From the sequence record DRR723986_623: DNA of 64,000 nt; one strand, 5' to 3'. This document shows positions 46,700 through 57,474 of this stretch, piece by piece. Both the position numbers and the translations under genes were made by a program. Under the pieces are notes generated by a model. The model had not been told where the DNA came from, searched no databases, and was given only the letters and a program-made list of their open reading frames with translations. Within the stretch, counting starts at the first letter, position 1; each line of letters begins with the position of its first letter.

Positions 46700-47478
46700 G
46701 TGGTTTTTCACCAGCATGGCTTGCCTTGCGCGAACCGGTCGATCTGGCGGCTCGCAATGAGGACGTTGAAACCGCATTCTTCACGGCTCTCGGCAGTCAG
46801 CCGATGCGCATAATGGATCTCGCAAGTGGAGCAGGCTCGACTGTCTCGGCTCTTGCTCGGCATCGAGGCACTTCGATCGAATGGCTTTTGACCGACTACG
46901 ATCCGGCTCTGTTGGAAGTTGCCGGGCAGCGCTGGCAGGACAGGGTAACAACGCGGCAGATCGACCTTGCGAGCGATCTGGAGGAGCTGCCGTTTGCCGA
47001 GGTTGACGCGGTGACTACATCCGCTTTTCTGGACTTGGTCGCAGAGCCGTTTCTTGTCCGGCTGGTCGATCAGGTCGTGAAGGCGCGAAAACCGTTTCTG
47101 GCAAGCCTTACCTACGATGGCCGCGCGCTTTTCACCCCGCAACTTCCCTTTGATGCCGCGTTGTTGGCCGCACACAACACGCATCAGCTGTCTGACAAGG
47201 GGTTCGGTCCGGCTCTCGGTCCATCCGCTGCCATGCGTGCCATCGAACTGTTTCGGGATCGAGGCTACAAGGTGGTGCAGGGCCGGTCTGACTGGCAGGC
47301 AGACAGTTCGTCAGCGGATTTCCTGAAAGAGCTTCTCGGAGGCTGGTGCAACGTCGGCAGGGAAGTCGCGCTGGACGAGGCGGAACTGGCGCGATGGTGG
47401 TCGCTGCGGCAGGAACACATCACTTCCGGTCAACTCACTCTCAGCGTCGGTCACGTCGATTTCACTGCCTTGCCGTAA
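46696..47478 (+). CDS. SAM-dependent methyltransferase-like protein
   Basis: WLALREPVD.AAR, MDLASGAGS, DYDPALL, SAFLDL; ATGA overlap. Confidence 0.82.
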   Translation: MSGFSPAWLALREPVDLAARNEDVETAFFTALGSQPMRIMDLASGAGSTVSALARHRGTSIEWLLTDYDPALLEVAGQRWQDRVTTRQIDLASDLEELPFAEVDAVTTSAFLDLVAEPFLVRLVDQVVKARKPFLASLTYDGRALFTPQLPFDAALLAAHNTHQLSDKGFGPALGPSAAMRAIELFRDRGYKVVQGRSDWQADSSSADFLKELLGGWCNVGREVALDEAELARWWSLRQEHITSGQLTLSVGHVDFTALP

Positions 47479-47565
47479 GACACAGGTATCCGGCATCCTC
47501 CCGGGACTTGTTGAAACCGGGTGGTCTGCCTAAACTGTGTGCAGGCAGGAGAGGAGAGGTGCGAT

Positions 47566-48096
47566 ATGGGCGCAAGTGATGAACGCTATAGCCCGATTGC
47601 ACGGCTGATCCATTGGCTGACCGCCATTCTGGTGCTGACAATGGTGCCTGCCGGCCTTGTCATGATCCGGATCGACAGCGGCCCCTTGCAGAACCAGCTG
47701 TTTGATTACCATCGCTCGGTCGGCATCGTGTTGATGATATTGACCCTGATACGTCTCGGTTACCGGCTGACCCACAAACCCGCCCCCTTGCCGAAAGGTA
47801 TGCCGCTCTGGCAGCAATTTGCCGCCAAGGCTACCCATGCCTTTCTGTACGGGTTTCTGCTGGTCAATCCCTTCATCGGGTGGGTGGCTACCTCCGCCTA
47901 CGGTGCGGCAATCTCGGTCTTCGGCCTGTTCACCATGCCGGCGATTGTTGCCAAGGACCGTGCGTTGGCAGACCAGCTTTTTCAGATTCATCTTGTGCTT
48001 GGGCTGCTCTTCACTGCCGCCGTGGTGCTGCATATTGCCGCCGCGCTATATCACGGTCTTGTGCGCAAGGACGGTGTTCTCGGTAGAATGATTTAA
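47566..48096 (+). CDS. Cytochrome b561
   Basis: RLIHWL, HRSVG, H.FLY, H...LHIAAAL.H; four TM helices. Confidence 0.9.
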   Translation: MGASDERYSPIARLIHWLTAILVLTMVPAGLVMIRIDSGPLQNQLFDYHRSVGIVLMILTLIRLGYRLTHKPAPLPKGMPLWQQFAAKATHAFLYGFLLVNPFIGWVATSAYGAAISVFGLFTMPAIVAKDRALADQLFQIHLVLGLLFTAAVVLHIAAALYHGLVRKDGVLGRMI

Positions 48097-48307
48097 GTTT
48101 TTGGAATGAATACTCTGCGGTAATGTTGAGTGTCTTGAAAGATTTTTTATGATTGAGGAAGTGTTAACTTAACAAACTTTAATAGTTCCTGTTTTGTAAT
48201 TTTTTACCATGCCCTTTAATTACAGTTTATCGTTTTTTGGCCTAAATGACGTCTCGGAACCCAAGGACCGGTTCAAGTGTAACCGTTAGAAAATGGTAAG
48301 GACTAAA

Positions 48308-48556
48308 ATGAAACAGACCATTCGGACCCTGCTGGCAAAACACGGTAATCTGCCGGTTTCTATCGACGACGTCGCGGACGGTGCTGACCTCTACGATGCC
48401 GGTCTGTCTTCGTTTGCATCCGTCCAGGTGATGCTGGCGCTCGAGGAAGAGTTCGATATCGAATTTCCGGAGCATTTGCTGAACCGCAAGTCTTTCTCCT
48501 CCATTGATGCGATCGACGCAGCTCTTACCGAAATCCTGAAAGAGCAGGCTGCGTAA
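48308..48556 (+). CDS. Acyl/aminoacyl carrier protein
   Basis: DLYDAGLSSFASVQVMLALEEEFDIEFP (phosphopantetheinyl Ser motif). Confidence 0.9.
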   Translation: MKQTIRTLLAKHGNLPVSIDDVADGADLYDAGLSSFASVQVMLALEEEFDIEFPEHLLNRKSFSSIDAIDAALTEILKEQAA

Positions 48557-48559
48557 TCC

Positions 48560-49741
48560 ATGACCGCCGCAGCCAAGATCACTGCCATGGGGTTGGCAGA
48601 TCGCGCCAAGCGGGCCGCCAAGGTCGCTTCCGAGTTTGCCGACAAGGTTGATGTGGAAGGCCGCTTTCCTGTTGAAGGCATGAACGCCCTGAAAGCGGAA
48701 CGCCTGATGGGTGTCATGATCCGTCCGGAATTCGGCGGGGAAGGTGCAACGCTGACCGAGATTGCTGATGTTTGCGCAATTCTTGGACAAGCCTGCGCGG
48801 CCACCGCGATGACTTATGCCATGCACCAGATCCAGATTGCCAGCCTGGCGGATTACGCCGTAGGCAGTGCCTGGCACGAAGGTTTCCAGAAGCGGATCTG
48901 CGATGAGCAGCTTCTGATCGCCTCAGCAACCAGTGAGGCGGGTATCGGCGGCAACTTGCGCAATTCGATCTGTGCGGTCGAGGTCGAGGGCGACACCGTG
49001 CGCCTGACCAAGGATGCGACCGTGATTTCCTACGGCGCCAATGCGGACGCCATCATGGTGACCTCCCGCCGGCATGTCGACGCGGCTCATTCCGACCAGG
49101 TTGCGACCATTTTCCTGAAGGATCAGTACACGCTTGAGCAGACCAGCAAATGGGATACGCTCGGCATGCGTGGAACCTGCTCCGACGGCTATATTTTCAA
49201 GGCGGAAGCTCCGGCTGACCAGATCCTGCCGCGCCCGTTTGCGGAGATTGCGGCCCAATCCATGCTGGCCGTTTCCCATCTTCTTTGGGGCGCGCTCTGG
49301 TATGGCATCGCTGCTGATGCGGTTGCCCGAGGGCAGGCATTCGTGAAGAACGCTGCGCGCAAGGCTCCCGGCCAGGTTCCTCCGGGAGCACTGCGTCTGG
49401 CGGAGGCGTCAAGCCTGCTGCAGCTGGTCAAGGCCAACGTCGTTGCCGGCCTGAAACAGTTCGAAGGCTGCAAGGGCGACAGTGATGCGCTCAATGCCAT
49501 GAGCTTCTCCGTTGCCATGAACAACGTGAAGATCGGCACGTCACAGACGATCCTGACAATCATCAACCACTGCATGCTGATCTGCGGGATCGCAGGCTAC
49601 AAGAACGGTACGCCGTTCAGCCTCGGACGCCACCTGCGTGACGCCCATTCGGCGCAGCTGATGATTTCCAACGACCGTATTCTGGGCAACACGTCCACGA
49701 TGCTCCTGGTCAACAAACAAGACACCAGTCTTTTGGGGTAA
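48560..49741 (+). CDS. Acyl-CoA dehydrogenase-fold flavoprotein
   Basis: [41 protein letters not shown]. Confidence 0.9.
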   Translation: MTAAAKITAMGLADRAKRAAKVASEFADKVDVEGRFPVEGMNALKAERLMGVMIRPEFGGEGATLTEIADVCAILGQACAATAMTYAMHQIQIASLADYAVGSAWHEGFQKRICDEQLLIASATSEAGIGGNLRNSICAVEVEGDTVRLTKDATVISYGANADAIMVTSRRHVDAAHSDQVATIFLKDQYTLEQTSKWDTLGMRGTCSDGYIFKAEAPADQILPRPFAEIAAQSMLAVSHLLWGALWYGIAADAVARGQAFVKNAARKAPGQVPPGALRLAEASSLLQLVKANVVAGLKQFEGCKGDSDALNAMSFSVAMNNVKIGTSQTILTIINHCMLICGIAGYKNGTPFSLGRHLRDAHSAQLMISNDRILGNTSTMLLVNKQDTSLLG

Positions 49742-50652
49742 TGATGGACGCGCAAGTCTCTTTTCTGGATCAGCTCTTTGCCAAAGGCGTCCTGCATGAC
49801 AGCGGCGTCGACGGCCTTTATGCCCGCAGCGGCGAATTTGAAGACGTTATTGCCCGTTTCGAAAAATTTGCCCTCACATACGGTCAGGACGAGATCTCCG
49901 AAGCAATGGTGTTCCCGCCGGGAATGACCATGCAGGATTTCGAAACCAGCGGTTACATGAAGAACTTCCCGCAGTTGGCAGGAACAGTGCATGCCTTTTG
50001 CGGCAACGACCATGACCACATGGGGCTGTTGCAATGCATGGCGGCTGGCGACGACTGGTCCAAGGATCAGAAACCGACCCAGGTGGCTCTGACGCCCGCT
50101 GCCTGCTATCCGCTTTATCCGATCCTCTCGCGCCGTGGTGCATTGCCGGCAGAGGGAGCCTACGTAGCGCTGCAGTCCTATTGCTTCCGCCACGAGCCTT
50201 CCAAGGACCCGGCTAGGATGCAGATGTTCCGCCAGCGTGAATACGTGCGTGTCGGTTCCGCCGAACAGACCATGGATTTTCGCGAGACCTGGAAACAGCG
50301 CGGCTCGGACATGATGGAGCGGCTGCAGCTCCCGCATAACGTTGATGTCGCCAACGATCCCTTCTTCGGCCGAGCTGGCAAGATCATGGCGTCCGGCCAG
50401 CGTGAACAGGAATTGAAGTTCGAAATGCTTGTGCCGATCACGTCGGAAGAAAAGCCGACGGCCTGCATGAGCTTCAATTACCACATGGACAATTTCGGCA
50501 AGGCCTGGAACATCCGTCAGGCTGATGGAACGCCTGCCCACACCGCCTGTGTCGGCTTCGGTCTGGAACGACTGGCGCTGGCGCTCTTCCGCCATCATGG
50601 TTTCGACACGTCCAAATGGCCTGAAGGCGTCCGTGCCACGCTTTGGGGATGA
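49741..50652 (+). CDS. Amino acid:[carrier protein] ligase (atypical SerRS homologue lacking the tRNA-binding domain)
   Basis: [32 protein letters not shown] (motif 2), [24 protein letters not shown] (motif 3); adjacent ACP. Confidence 0.92.
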   Translation: MMDAQVSFLDQLFAKGVLHDSGVDGLYARSGEFEDVIARFEKFALTYGQDEISEAMVFPPGMTMQDFETSGYMKNFPQLAGTVHAFCGNDHDHMGLLQCMAAGDDWSKDQKPTQVALTPAACYPLYPILSRRGALPAEGAYVALQSYCFRHEPSKDPARMQMFRQREYVRVGSAEQTMDFRETWKQRGSDMMERLQLPHNVDVANDPFFGRAGKIMASGQREQELKFEMLVPITSEEKPTACMSFNYHMDNFGKAWNIRQADGTPAHTACVGFGLERLALALFRHHGFDTSKWPEGVRATLWG

Positions 50653-50663
50653 GGGGACGCAAC

Positions 50664-51686
50664 ATGACGCAAGCCGTGTTTGACCGCTTCAATGCGGCGA
50701 CCTACGTGCGTAGCCCGCTCCATTCCCAGGACCGGGACTGGCCCGAAACCAATTGCTATCTTGATGTCTGGATCGAGGTGTTGCCGTCGCTTGGTCTGCC
50801 GGCAGAGGCTTGTCTGTCCTATTCGGTCACCCAGGATTTTGAAGGGGACCAGTTCACCTTCTTCAAGGTGCCGCTGGAGGATCTGGAAGCGCTTTATGGC
50901 CTCAAGGTCACGGAACTTGCGATCTACGACCGGGTGGAAGCCCACGTCCGGCAACAGATCGAACGCGGCCGCTTGTCACTGGTCGAAGTCGACAGCTATT
51001 TCCTGCCGGACACACACGGTGTCGGTTATCACGAGGCCCACGGCAAGACCACGATCGCAGTCAACTGGATGGATTTTGAAGCCAGGACAATGGAATATTT
51101 CCATGGTCTGGGCCTGCACCGGCTGGAAGGTGACGATTTCGACGGGGTGTTCCAGCGCGGCGCACATGAAAAGCCGACGCCGTTCCTGCCATACACGGAA
51201 TTCGTGAAGGTTCCGGACACACTGCCAACGCCGGCTCACATCCTGAACGTTTCGGAAGGCCTTCTGCGCCATCACCTGAAGCGCCGCCCAAAGCAGAACC
51301 CGATTGCTGCCTTTGCACAGGTCTTCCCGGCACAGGTGGAAAAGATCTGCGAACGCGAGTTCGGCTTCTTCCATTTGTATGCCTTCAACACGCTGCGCCA
51401 GCTTGGTGCGAATTTCGAGCTGTTTTCGTCCTATCTCGAATGGCTGGTTGCGGAAGGCAGGGACGATCTGACCGAGGGTGTGCAAATGGCCAAGACCATT
51501 TCCTCCACCTGCAAGATGGTGCAGTTCAAACTGGCGCGCGCCGTCATGCGCAAGAAGTTTCAGGGGTTGGACGAAGGTTTGCTGCCGGCGGTCAACGCCT
51601 GGGACAACCTGATGCAACTTCTCGACACCCACTACGGTGATCAGGACGCACGTTTTACCCCCGTAGTCAGCGCTGCCGGGGCTTGA
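50664..51686 (+). CDS. DUF1839-family protein
   Basis: WPETNCYLDVWIE, DFEGDQFTFFK, EVDSYFLPDT, YAFNTLRQLG; directly follows the aa:CP ligase. Confidence 0.8.
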   Translation: MTQAVFDRFNAATYVRSPLHSQDRDWPETNCYLDVWIEVLPSLGLPAEACLSYSVTQDFEGDQFTFFKVPLEDLEALYGLKVTELAIYDRVEAHVRQQIERGRLSLVEVDSYFLPDTHGVGYHEAHGKTTIAVNWMDFEARTMEYFHGLGLHRLEGDDFDGVFQRGAHEKPTPFLPYTEFVKVPDTLPTPAHILNVSEGLLRHHLKRRPKQNPIAAFAQVFPAQVEKICEREFGFFHLYAFNTLRQLGANFELFSSYLEWLVAEGRDDLTEGVQMAKTISSTCKMVQFKLARAVMRKKFQGLDEGLLPAVNAWDNLMQLLDTHYGDQDARFTPVVSAAGA

Positions 51687-54137
51687 ATGATCGACCTGGG
51701 TGAAGTGACCTGGGCGCTGTCAATGACAGAGCCCGGTGCCTTTGAAACACCGCTTTCGACGGGGCATCAGTGGGATTTCGTTCCGGCGCACGTTCCGGGA
51801 ACCGTCGCCGGTGCTCTGACGGATGCAGGACTTTACGACCCGGAAAATCCCGTTCCCCTTCATGGCAAGGACGTCTGGTATGAAGCCTGGTTCGACGCCC
51901 CGCCGGGCCGATATCGCTTGCACCTGGAGGGGTTGGCGACCATTGCCGAGGTTTACCTGAACGACGTTGAGGTGCTGTCCAGCCGGAACATGTTCCGCAA
52001 ATACAATGTTCCCGTGGAACTGGCCGATCGCAACGTTCTGAAAATCTGCTTTCGTGCGCTAGAGCCGCACTTGAATGCAAAGGGACCGCGCGCCCGGTGG
52101 AAGCCACAGTTGGCAACCAGCCAGGGGCTGAGGCTCGTGCGGACGACGCTTCTCGGTCACATGCCCGGTTGGTGCCCGGAAATCCATGCAGTTGGCCCAT
52201 ACCGCCCGATCTGGCTCGAACCCCAGACGACACCGCGTATTGTTGAAAAGCATATCCTTGCGGACCTGGCTCCGGATGGCACAGCCGCGCTGGCAGTTAC
52301 GGTCAGGCTCGAAAATACGGATGCGGTTCCGGTGCTGACTTGCGCGGGAGCATCGGCGAAGATGAGCCTTCAGGACGACGGTTGCTATGCGGCTACCGTC
52401 CGTCCTGAGGGCGCCAAGCCCTGGATGCCGCACACACACGGCAAGCCTGCTCTTTACGACGTAACCGTTCAGGTCGCTGACAATACTCTTTCGCTGGGCA
52501 AGACAGGCTTTCGCCGGATCGAGGTGGACCACGGTGCTGATGGACGCGGCTTCGGTCTGAAGATCAACGGTGTGCCGGTCTTCTGCCGGGGCGCTGTCTG
52601 GACCAATGCGGATCTCCTGAACCTCTCGTCCAGCCGCGAAACCTATCGCCCGCTGTTGGAAAAAGCCCGGGACGCAGGCATGAACATGCTGCGCATCGGT
52701 GGGACGATGCTTTACGAGAGCCGCGCCTTCTTTGAGCTATGTGACGAATTGGGCCTTCTGGTCTCGCAGGACTTTCAGTTCGCCAACTACGATTATCCAG
52801 TGAAGGATGCCGTCTTCGTCGCGGAGGTTGAGGCGGAGCTGCGCGATCAGCTGGATGAAAGCATGGGCTGCCCCTCACTTGCCGTTCTGTGCGGTGGAAG
52901 CGAGATCTACCAGCAGGGCGCCATGATGGGGCTTTCCGAGGACCGCTGGAAGGGGCCGCTGTGCGAGGAGATCTTGCCGGCTATTGCCACACAGCTGCGG
53001 CCGGATGTGCCCTATGCAGCAAATTCGCCCTGCGGCGGGGTCTTGCCGTTCTCCCCCAACGAAGGCATCGCCCACTATTACGGCGTCGGGGCGTATCTGC
53101 GGCCTCTGGAAGACGCAAGACGAGCCGATGTCCGCTTTGCAGGTGAGTGCCTCGCGTTTTCCAATATTCCTGTCCAGCAAAGCCTGGAAGAAGGATTGCC
53201 GGTGAAACCGGGGCATGATCCACGCTGGAAGGCACGGGTGCCGCGGGACCGCGGCGCCGGCTGGGACTTCGAGGATGTGCGCGATCACTATCTGAAGCTG
53301 CTCTATGATGTCGATCCAGCCGCGCTTCGCTACGGCGATCCGGACAGATACCTCGACCTCGGACGGGCGGTCACCGGTGAAGTCATGGCCGAGACCTTTT
53401 CCGAATGGCGACGGCCCGGGTCCAATTGCCAGGGCGCACTGGCCTGGACCCTTGCCGACTTCTCGATTGGTGCCGGGTGGGGACTTGTTGATGCAGCCGG
53501 ACGGCCCAAACCCGCGTGGTATGCCCTCAAGCGCGCATTCAGGCCGGTAATTGCCTGTGTCACCGATGAAGGCACGAACGGCCTTGCCATTCACGTCCTC
53601 AATGAAAGGGCAGAGGAAAAGCCGGTCAGGATAAGTATTGCCTGCCTGAGGGATGGCCAGCTGCCGGTGGTTACAGGAGACAAGGAGCTGTTGTTGGCTC
53701 CGAACAGTGCGCAGACGCTCAATGCGGTGGACCTGATCGGAGCCTTCTTCGACGTCACCTACGCCTATCGTTTCGGCCCACCCTCGCATGATGTAACCGT
53801 GGTACGTCTGTTCGATACGCAAACCGGAGAACTCATATCCGAGGTGCATCATTTCCCGCTCGGCCGAGCACTGCATCGCCATTTCGATGCGCCCGAGGTG
53901 AGTGTGGAACAGGACGAGGCCGGCAGTTGGTCACTGATGATCCGCGCCAGGCGCTTCCTGCAATCGACCGTCGTTGCCATTCCCGGATTTGAGGCGGAGG
54001 ATAACTGGTTCCATCTGGCTCCGGGCGAGGCGAAGTGCATTCAACTGCAACAAACGCCAGACGAAGAACGCGATGATCAGGCAGCCCCCAAGGGGCAACT
54101 TACGGCCTTGAACTTCGCCGGGCGCGTGCCCTTCTGA
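51687..54137 (+). CDS. GH2 beta-mannosidase-like glycoside hydrolase, no obvious signal peptide
   Basis: VPGTV, EGLAT.A.V.LN, NMF, INGVPVFCRG, MNMLR.GG...YE...F..LCDELGLLV.QDF.FAN, LCGGSE, FAGE. Confidence 0.88.
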   Translation: MIDLGEVTWALSMTEPGAFETPLSTGHQWDFVPAHVPGTVAGALTDAGLYDPENPVPLHGKDVWYEAWFDAPPGRYRLHLEGLATIAEVYLNDVEVLSSRNMFRKYNVPVELADRNVLKICFRALEPHLNAKGPRARWKPQLATSQGLRLVRTTLLGHMPGWCPEIHAVGPYRPIWLEPQTTPRIVEKHILADLAPDGTAALAVTVRLENTDAVPVLTCAGASAKMSLQDDGCYAATVRPEGAKPWMPHTHGKPALYDVTVQVADNTLSLGKTGFRRIEVDHGADGRGFGLKINGVPVFCRGAVWTNADLLNLSSSRETYRPLLEKARDAGMNMLRIGGTMLYESRAFFELCDELGLLVSQDFQFANYDYPVKDAVFVAEVEAELRDQLDESMGCPSLAVLCGGSEIYQQGAMMGLSEDRWKGPLCEEILPAIATQLRPDVPYAANSPCGGVLPFSPNEGIAHYYGVGAYLRPLEDARRADVRFAGECLAFSNIPVQQSLEEGLPVKPGHDPRWKARVPRDRGAGWDFEDVRDHYLKLLYDVDPAALRYGDPDRYLDLGRAVTGEVMAETFSEWRRPGSNCQGALAWTLADFSIGAGWGLVDAAGRPKPAWYALKRAFRPVIACVTDEGTNGLAIHVLNERAEEKPVRISIACLRDGQLPVVTGDKELLLAPNSAQTLNAVDLIGAFFDVTYAYRFGPPSHDVTVVRLFDTQTGELISEVHHFPLGRALHRHFDAPEVSVEQDEAGSWSLMIRARRFLQSTVVAIPGFEAEDNWFHLAPGEAKCIQLQQTPDEERDDQAAPKGQLTALNFAGRVPF

Positions 54138-54158
54138 CGCCTTTCTGGAAGCGACGGA

Positions 54159-55466
54159 TCAGCCTGCGGTTTCGTCTGGTTCGTGCGCAGGTGCCTTTGT
54201 CCAGAAAATGAAGAACCAGGTGCCCGCGGTCAAAGCAATCTGGACGCCAAAGCGGAAAAGCGCTGCGCCGGCCAAGCCTCCTAACGCAGCGCCAAGGCTG
54301 ACGACGGGTATCAGCAGGAGGCTGGTGCTGATGAGCAGCGCCATCCGCACGCGTTGACGACCGGTGGCTCGCAAGATGTCCGCCCCTACACCGGAAAGCC
54401 CCATCAGGAGCGGATAAAACGCAAGGCACATAACGACTGTCGGTGTTTCTGCGAAATCTTCACCCAGAACAAGGGGAATGAAACCGGCGATCAGCAACAG
54501 GAAAACAGCGACCGGCAGGGCGAGGAATACCGTCACCGGCAACAGCTTGACGCCGAAAGCGAGGCTGCTTGCCTGCCCATCTTGTGCCTGGCGAAAATGG
54601 CGGGTGTAGGTCGCATAGAGAAACGCTCTGACGGGCGCTGAGGCTGCGTCGATGATGCGGAACCCGGCTGCGTACTGCCCGCCTGCATCTGCGCTCAAAG
54701 TGTGAACGACCACCGGCTTGTCCAGATCCTTCATGCCGCCAATGGCAAAAAACTCGATGCAATAGAGAAGGCTGAGTTTCAGGTCGTCCCGGATCAGGGT
54801 GAAGGTCGGCCGGCCGAGATCACGCAGAACAAGCCAGCAAGCCGCAAGAGCAGACAGAATTCCGGCGGCGAAATACCACCACGCCCATTCCTGGAGCGTG
54901 AGACTTCCGGGGAGAAGCGTGGCAACGAAAAGGAAAGCGAGTTTCAACGAAGCAGCCAGAACATTGATGACGATCTGTTTTCTTGCCCGGTCGAAGGCCA
55001 TGTAGGACTGCGCGGACAAGATCACCAGCTTTGTGAGGAGCAGATCCGAAACAGTGACAATCGCGATAGTCGATAGCGGAACGGTATCGCCGATGAGGAC
55101 GTACAACAAAGCGATTGTCCCGGGCAGGACAAACGGAAAGGTAATCCCCATCATGATCAGGGAATGCCCGAGGTATCTGCCGAAAGACTGAGGCTCAACC
55201 GCGACCCGCTGGAGGAGAAGGTATTCACTGCCCAACCCGACCAGGAAACCGGCCATGATTGAGACGCTGACGATGGTGATGAACAGACCATAGTCTGCTG
55301 CCCCCAAAGCGCGCGAAATGAACAGGAAAAAGACGAGCTGAATGACGAGCAAGAGACCAAAATTGATCGTGTAGGAAATTGTATTGGCAACAAGCGGGCG
55401 TCTTGAGAGGCCAAGGGCCTTGTCATAAAGCGCGCGAAATTTTCTCGATGCCGAACTGGAATTCAT
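54159..55466 (-). CDS. Wzx-type polysaccharide flippase
   Basis: Multi-TM; SRALGAADYG, D......GQYAAGFR; start at MNSSS preferred. Confidence 0.82.
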   Translation of the reverse strand: MNSSSASRKFRALYDKALGLSRRPLVANTISYTINFGLLLVIQLVFFLFISRALGAADYGLFITIVSVSIMAGFLVGLGSEYLLLQRVAVEPQSFGRYLGHSLIMMGITFPFVLPGTIALLYVLIGDTVPLSTIAIVTVSDLLLTKLVILSAQSYMAFDRARKQIVINVLAASLKLAFLFVATLLPGSLTLQEWAWWYFAAGILSALAACWLVLRDLGRPTFTLIRDDLKLSLLYCIEFFAIGGMKDLDKPVVVHTLSADAGGQYAAGFRIIDAASAPVRAFLYATYTRHFRQAQDGQASSLAFGVKLLPVTVFLALPVAVFLLLIAGFIPLVLGEDFAETPTVVMCLAFYPLLMGLSGVGADILRATGRQRVRMALLISTSLLLIPVVSLGAALGGLAGAALFRFGVQIALTAGTWFFIFWTKAPAHEPDETAG

Positions 55467-55701
55467 TGACACGAAATTGCCTCGAGGCGTGGGCCGTTGA
55501 TCGAAAAAAGCGGGATCCGTGGCCGCTGGCCTTGGACCGCAGGAGCGGATTTTGTGTATCTGCCCCCCGGATAAGTCACAACAGAAACTAGGTGCCAAAC
55601 CTGACTGCGCCGTTAATAGGTAGGCAACGCGAACCTGCACAAACTATTTTAACTTCCCTGCGTCAAGGATCTGGCGTCCTGTTCGAAAAGGCGGAGAAAA
55701 A

Positions 55702-56382
55702 ATGCTGGCAAAAACGCAGGTTCTCACTTTCCACGGTATTGGTGTACCAGCGGTGCCTGTTTCGCCGGAAGAGCGCCATTACTTCGTCCCGATAGAGACT
55801 TACCAGCGCACAATTGAACGCCTTCCTGCACTTGAGCAGAAACACGGAGTGAAGCTGGAAATCACCTTTGATGATGGCAACCTGTCTGATTTCGAGGTTG
55901 GGCTGCCAGCCCTAGTGGAGGCGGGCCGGCCAGGTCGTTTTTTCGTTCTGGCTTCACGTATCGGGGCAAAGGGCTATCTGACCGCGGAACAGATGCGGGA
56001 GATTGTTTCGTCGGGATCGGTCATCGGCAGCCACGGCCACGACCATGTCGACTGGCGCAAGCTGGATGCTGCTGGCTTTCAACGGGAACTTTACGACGCT
56101 CGAAAGAAAATCGAGGATGCGGTAGGGGCTGCTGTCACAGAAGCGGCGATCCCCTTCGGTGCTCTGGACGCGAACGTTTTGCATCGTCTCAAGGAAGCCG
56201 GGTACGGGCGGGTCTTCACAAGCACACCGGGACTTGCCTATCAGACGGCATGGTTCTGTCCGCGCTTTTCGCCTGCAAATGGCTTTGACCCGGATCGTGA
56301 CATCCCGCCGATGTTTTCCGCCAAGAAACGCCTGAAAAGCTCCCTCTATGCCTTCGCACGGCGCGCGAAATTCCGCATTTGA
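55702..56382 (+). CDS. CE4 polysaccharide deacetylase
   Basis: LTFH, ITFDDG, GSHGHDH, IPFG. Confidence 0.9.
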   Translation: MLAKTQVLTFHGIGVPAVPVSPEERHYFVPIETYQRTIERLPALEQKHGVKLEITFDDGNLSDFEVGLPALVEAGRPGRFFVLASRIGAKGYLTAEQMREIVSSGSVIGSHGHDHVDWRKLDAAGFQRELYDARKKIEDAVGAAVTEAAIPFGALDANVLHRLKEAGYGRVFTSTPGLAYQTAWFCPRFSPANGFDPDRDIPPMFSAKKRLKSSLYAFARRAKFRI

Positions 56383-56413
56383 AGGCATGCCCGAGGCGTA
56401 GGCGCCAGCTGGT

Positions 56414-57322
56414 TCAATCCGGTTTTCTATAGAGCTCTGCAAGAGGCAGGTTGAATACAGCGCGCAGCTTGCCTGTGTTGAGCGCAAGTTTTTGCCGCAT
56501 CCGGAAAGAACGCCCCCTGTCGAGAAGCCGGAATGCGAGCGCTAAAACACCGGCAACGGCACATTTTGCCAGTGCTCCAAATGCGAAAAAAACGTGCCAG
56601 AAAGGGTCTGGATGCCGGGCGAGGCGCATCTGGCCATAGGATTGGCCTGACCTTGTCGCGCGGCTGAGAATGAACTTCGTCGACAATCGGTCTTGTGGAA
56701 CATGTTCGTGGGCAATCGCATCGTCCGTGGCAAAGATACGTGCCCCGCGTTCGGCTGCTTGAGCAAAGAAGATGGTGTCTTCGCCACCCGTCCGGCCATA
56801 GGCTTCATCAAATCTCAGTTCCAGCGCACGAACAAAACCAACCCGCACCAGCGTGTTGCCGCCCCGGCCGGTGTAAAGCCGTTTTCCCCTGTGCCCCCAG
56901 TCGGTATAGAGCGGGTTCGCACGCCGCATCCACTCGGGCGTATTGTCCGGATAACGTGGTTTTACCGGGCCGATCACGACGTCTGCGTTGAAGTCTTTCT
57001 GGCAGGCGAAGAGTTTTTCCAGCCAATCGCGTTCCACCCATTCGTCGTCATCGACAAATATCAGCCAGTCGCCATCAGCTGCGTCGAGCAATGCGTTGCG
57101 GGCTGAAGAGATATTACCGCTCGCCACGGCAAGACAGGTCACGTCCAGCGACTTGATGGGATGACGGGCAACGAGTTTGGTCGCCGCACCGGATTTGGAA
57201 TCATCGGCCACCAGCACGTTGAGCTCCATCCCGACCGGTTTGGTCACCGCCGCCAGGGAACGTAACGTATCGAGCAAGGTTTCACGGCCAATGCTCGCTA
57301 TGGCGACGGAAACTTTTTCCAT
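56414..57322 (-). CDS. GT2 glycosyltransferase (ExoM-like)
   Basis: VADD, NISSARN, FVDDDE, GGEDT.FF. Confidence 0.9.
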   Translation of the reverse strand: MEKVSVAIASIGRETLLDTLRSLAAVTKPVGMELNVLVADDSKSGAATKLVARHPIKSLDVTCLAVASGNISSARNALLDAADGDWLIFVDDDEWVERDWLEKLFACQKDFNADVVIGPVKPRYPDNTPEWMRRANPLYTDWGHRGKRLYTGRGGNTLVRVGFVRALELRFDEAYGRTGGEDTIFFAQAAERGARIFATDDAIAHEHVPQDRLSTKFILSRATRSGQSYGQMRLARHPDPFWHVFFAFGALAKCAVAGVLALAFRLLDRGRSFRMRQKLALNTGKLRAVFNLPLAELYRKPD

Positions 57323-57474
57323 TCAGACTGGGCTCCGAAGCAGAGTTGGAAGCAATCAACAGGATGTGAGACGATCTTTTAATGCACCAGAAGTTCCTGC
57401 AGCATTATTAAACAATGGCTTAGAAAAAAGGCGCAAGATGCCCCGGAATTTGGAAGGACCGCCTTTCACCCGCC

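Noticed and set aside
48160-48185. CtrA box upstream of the ACP operon
   Set aside because: TTAA half-sites are spaced by 1 and 6 nt, not 7, in an AT-rich region where chance matches are likely.
49741-50652. Housekeeping seryl-tRNA synthetase
   Set aside because: Only 303 aa, no tRNA-binding arm, and adjacent to a carrier protein.
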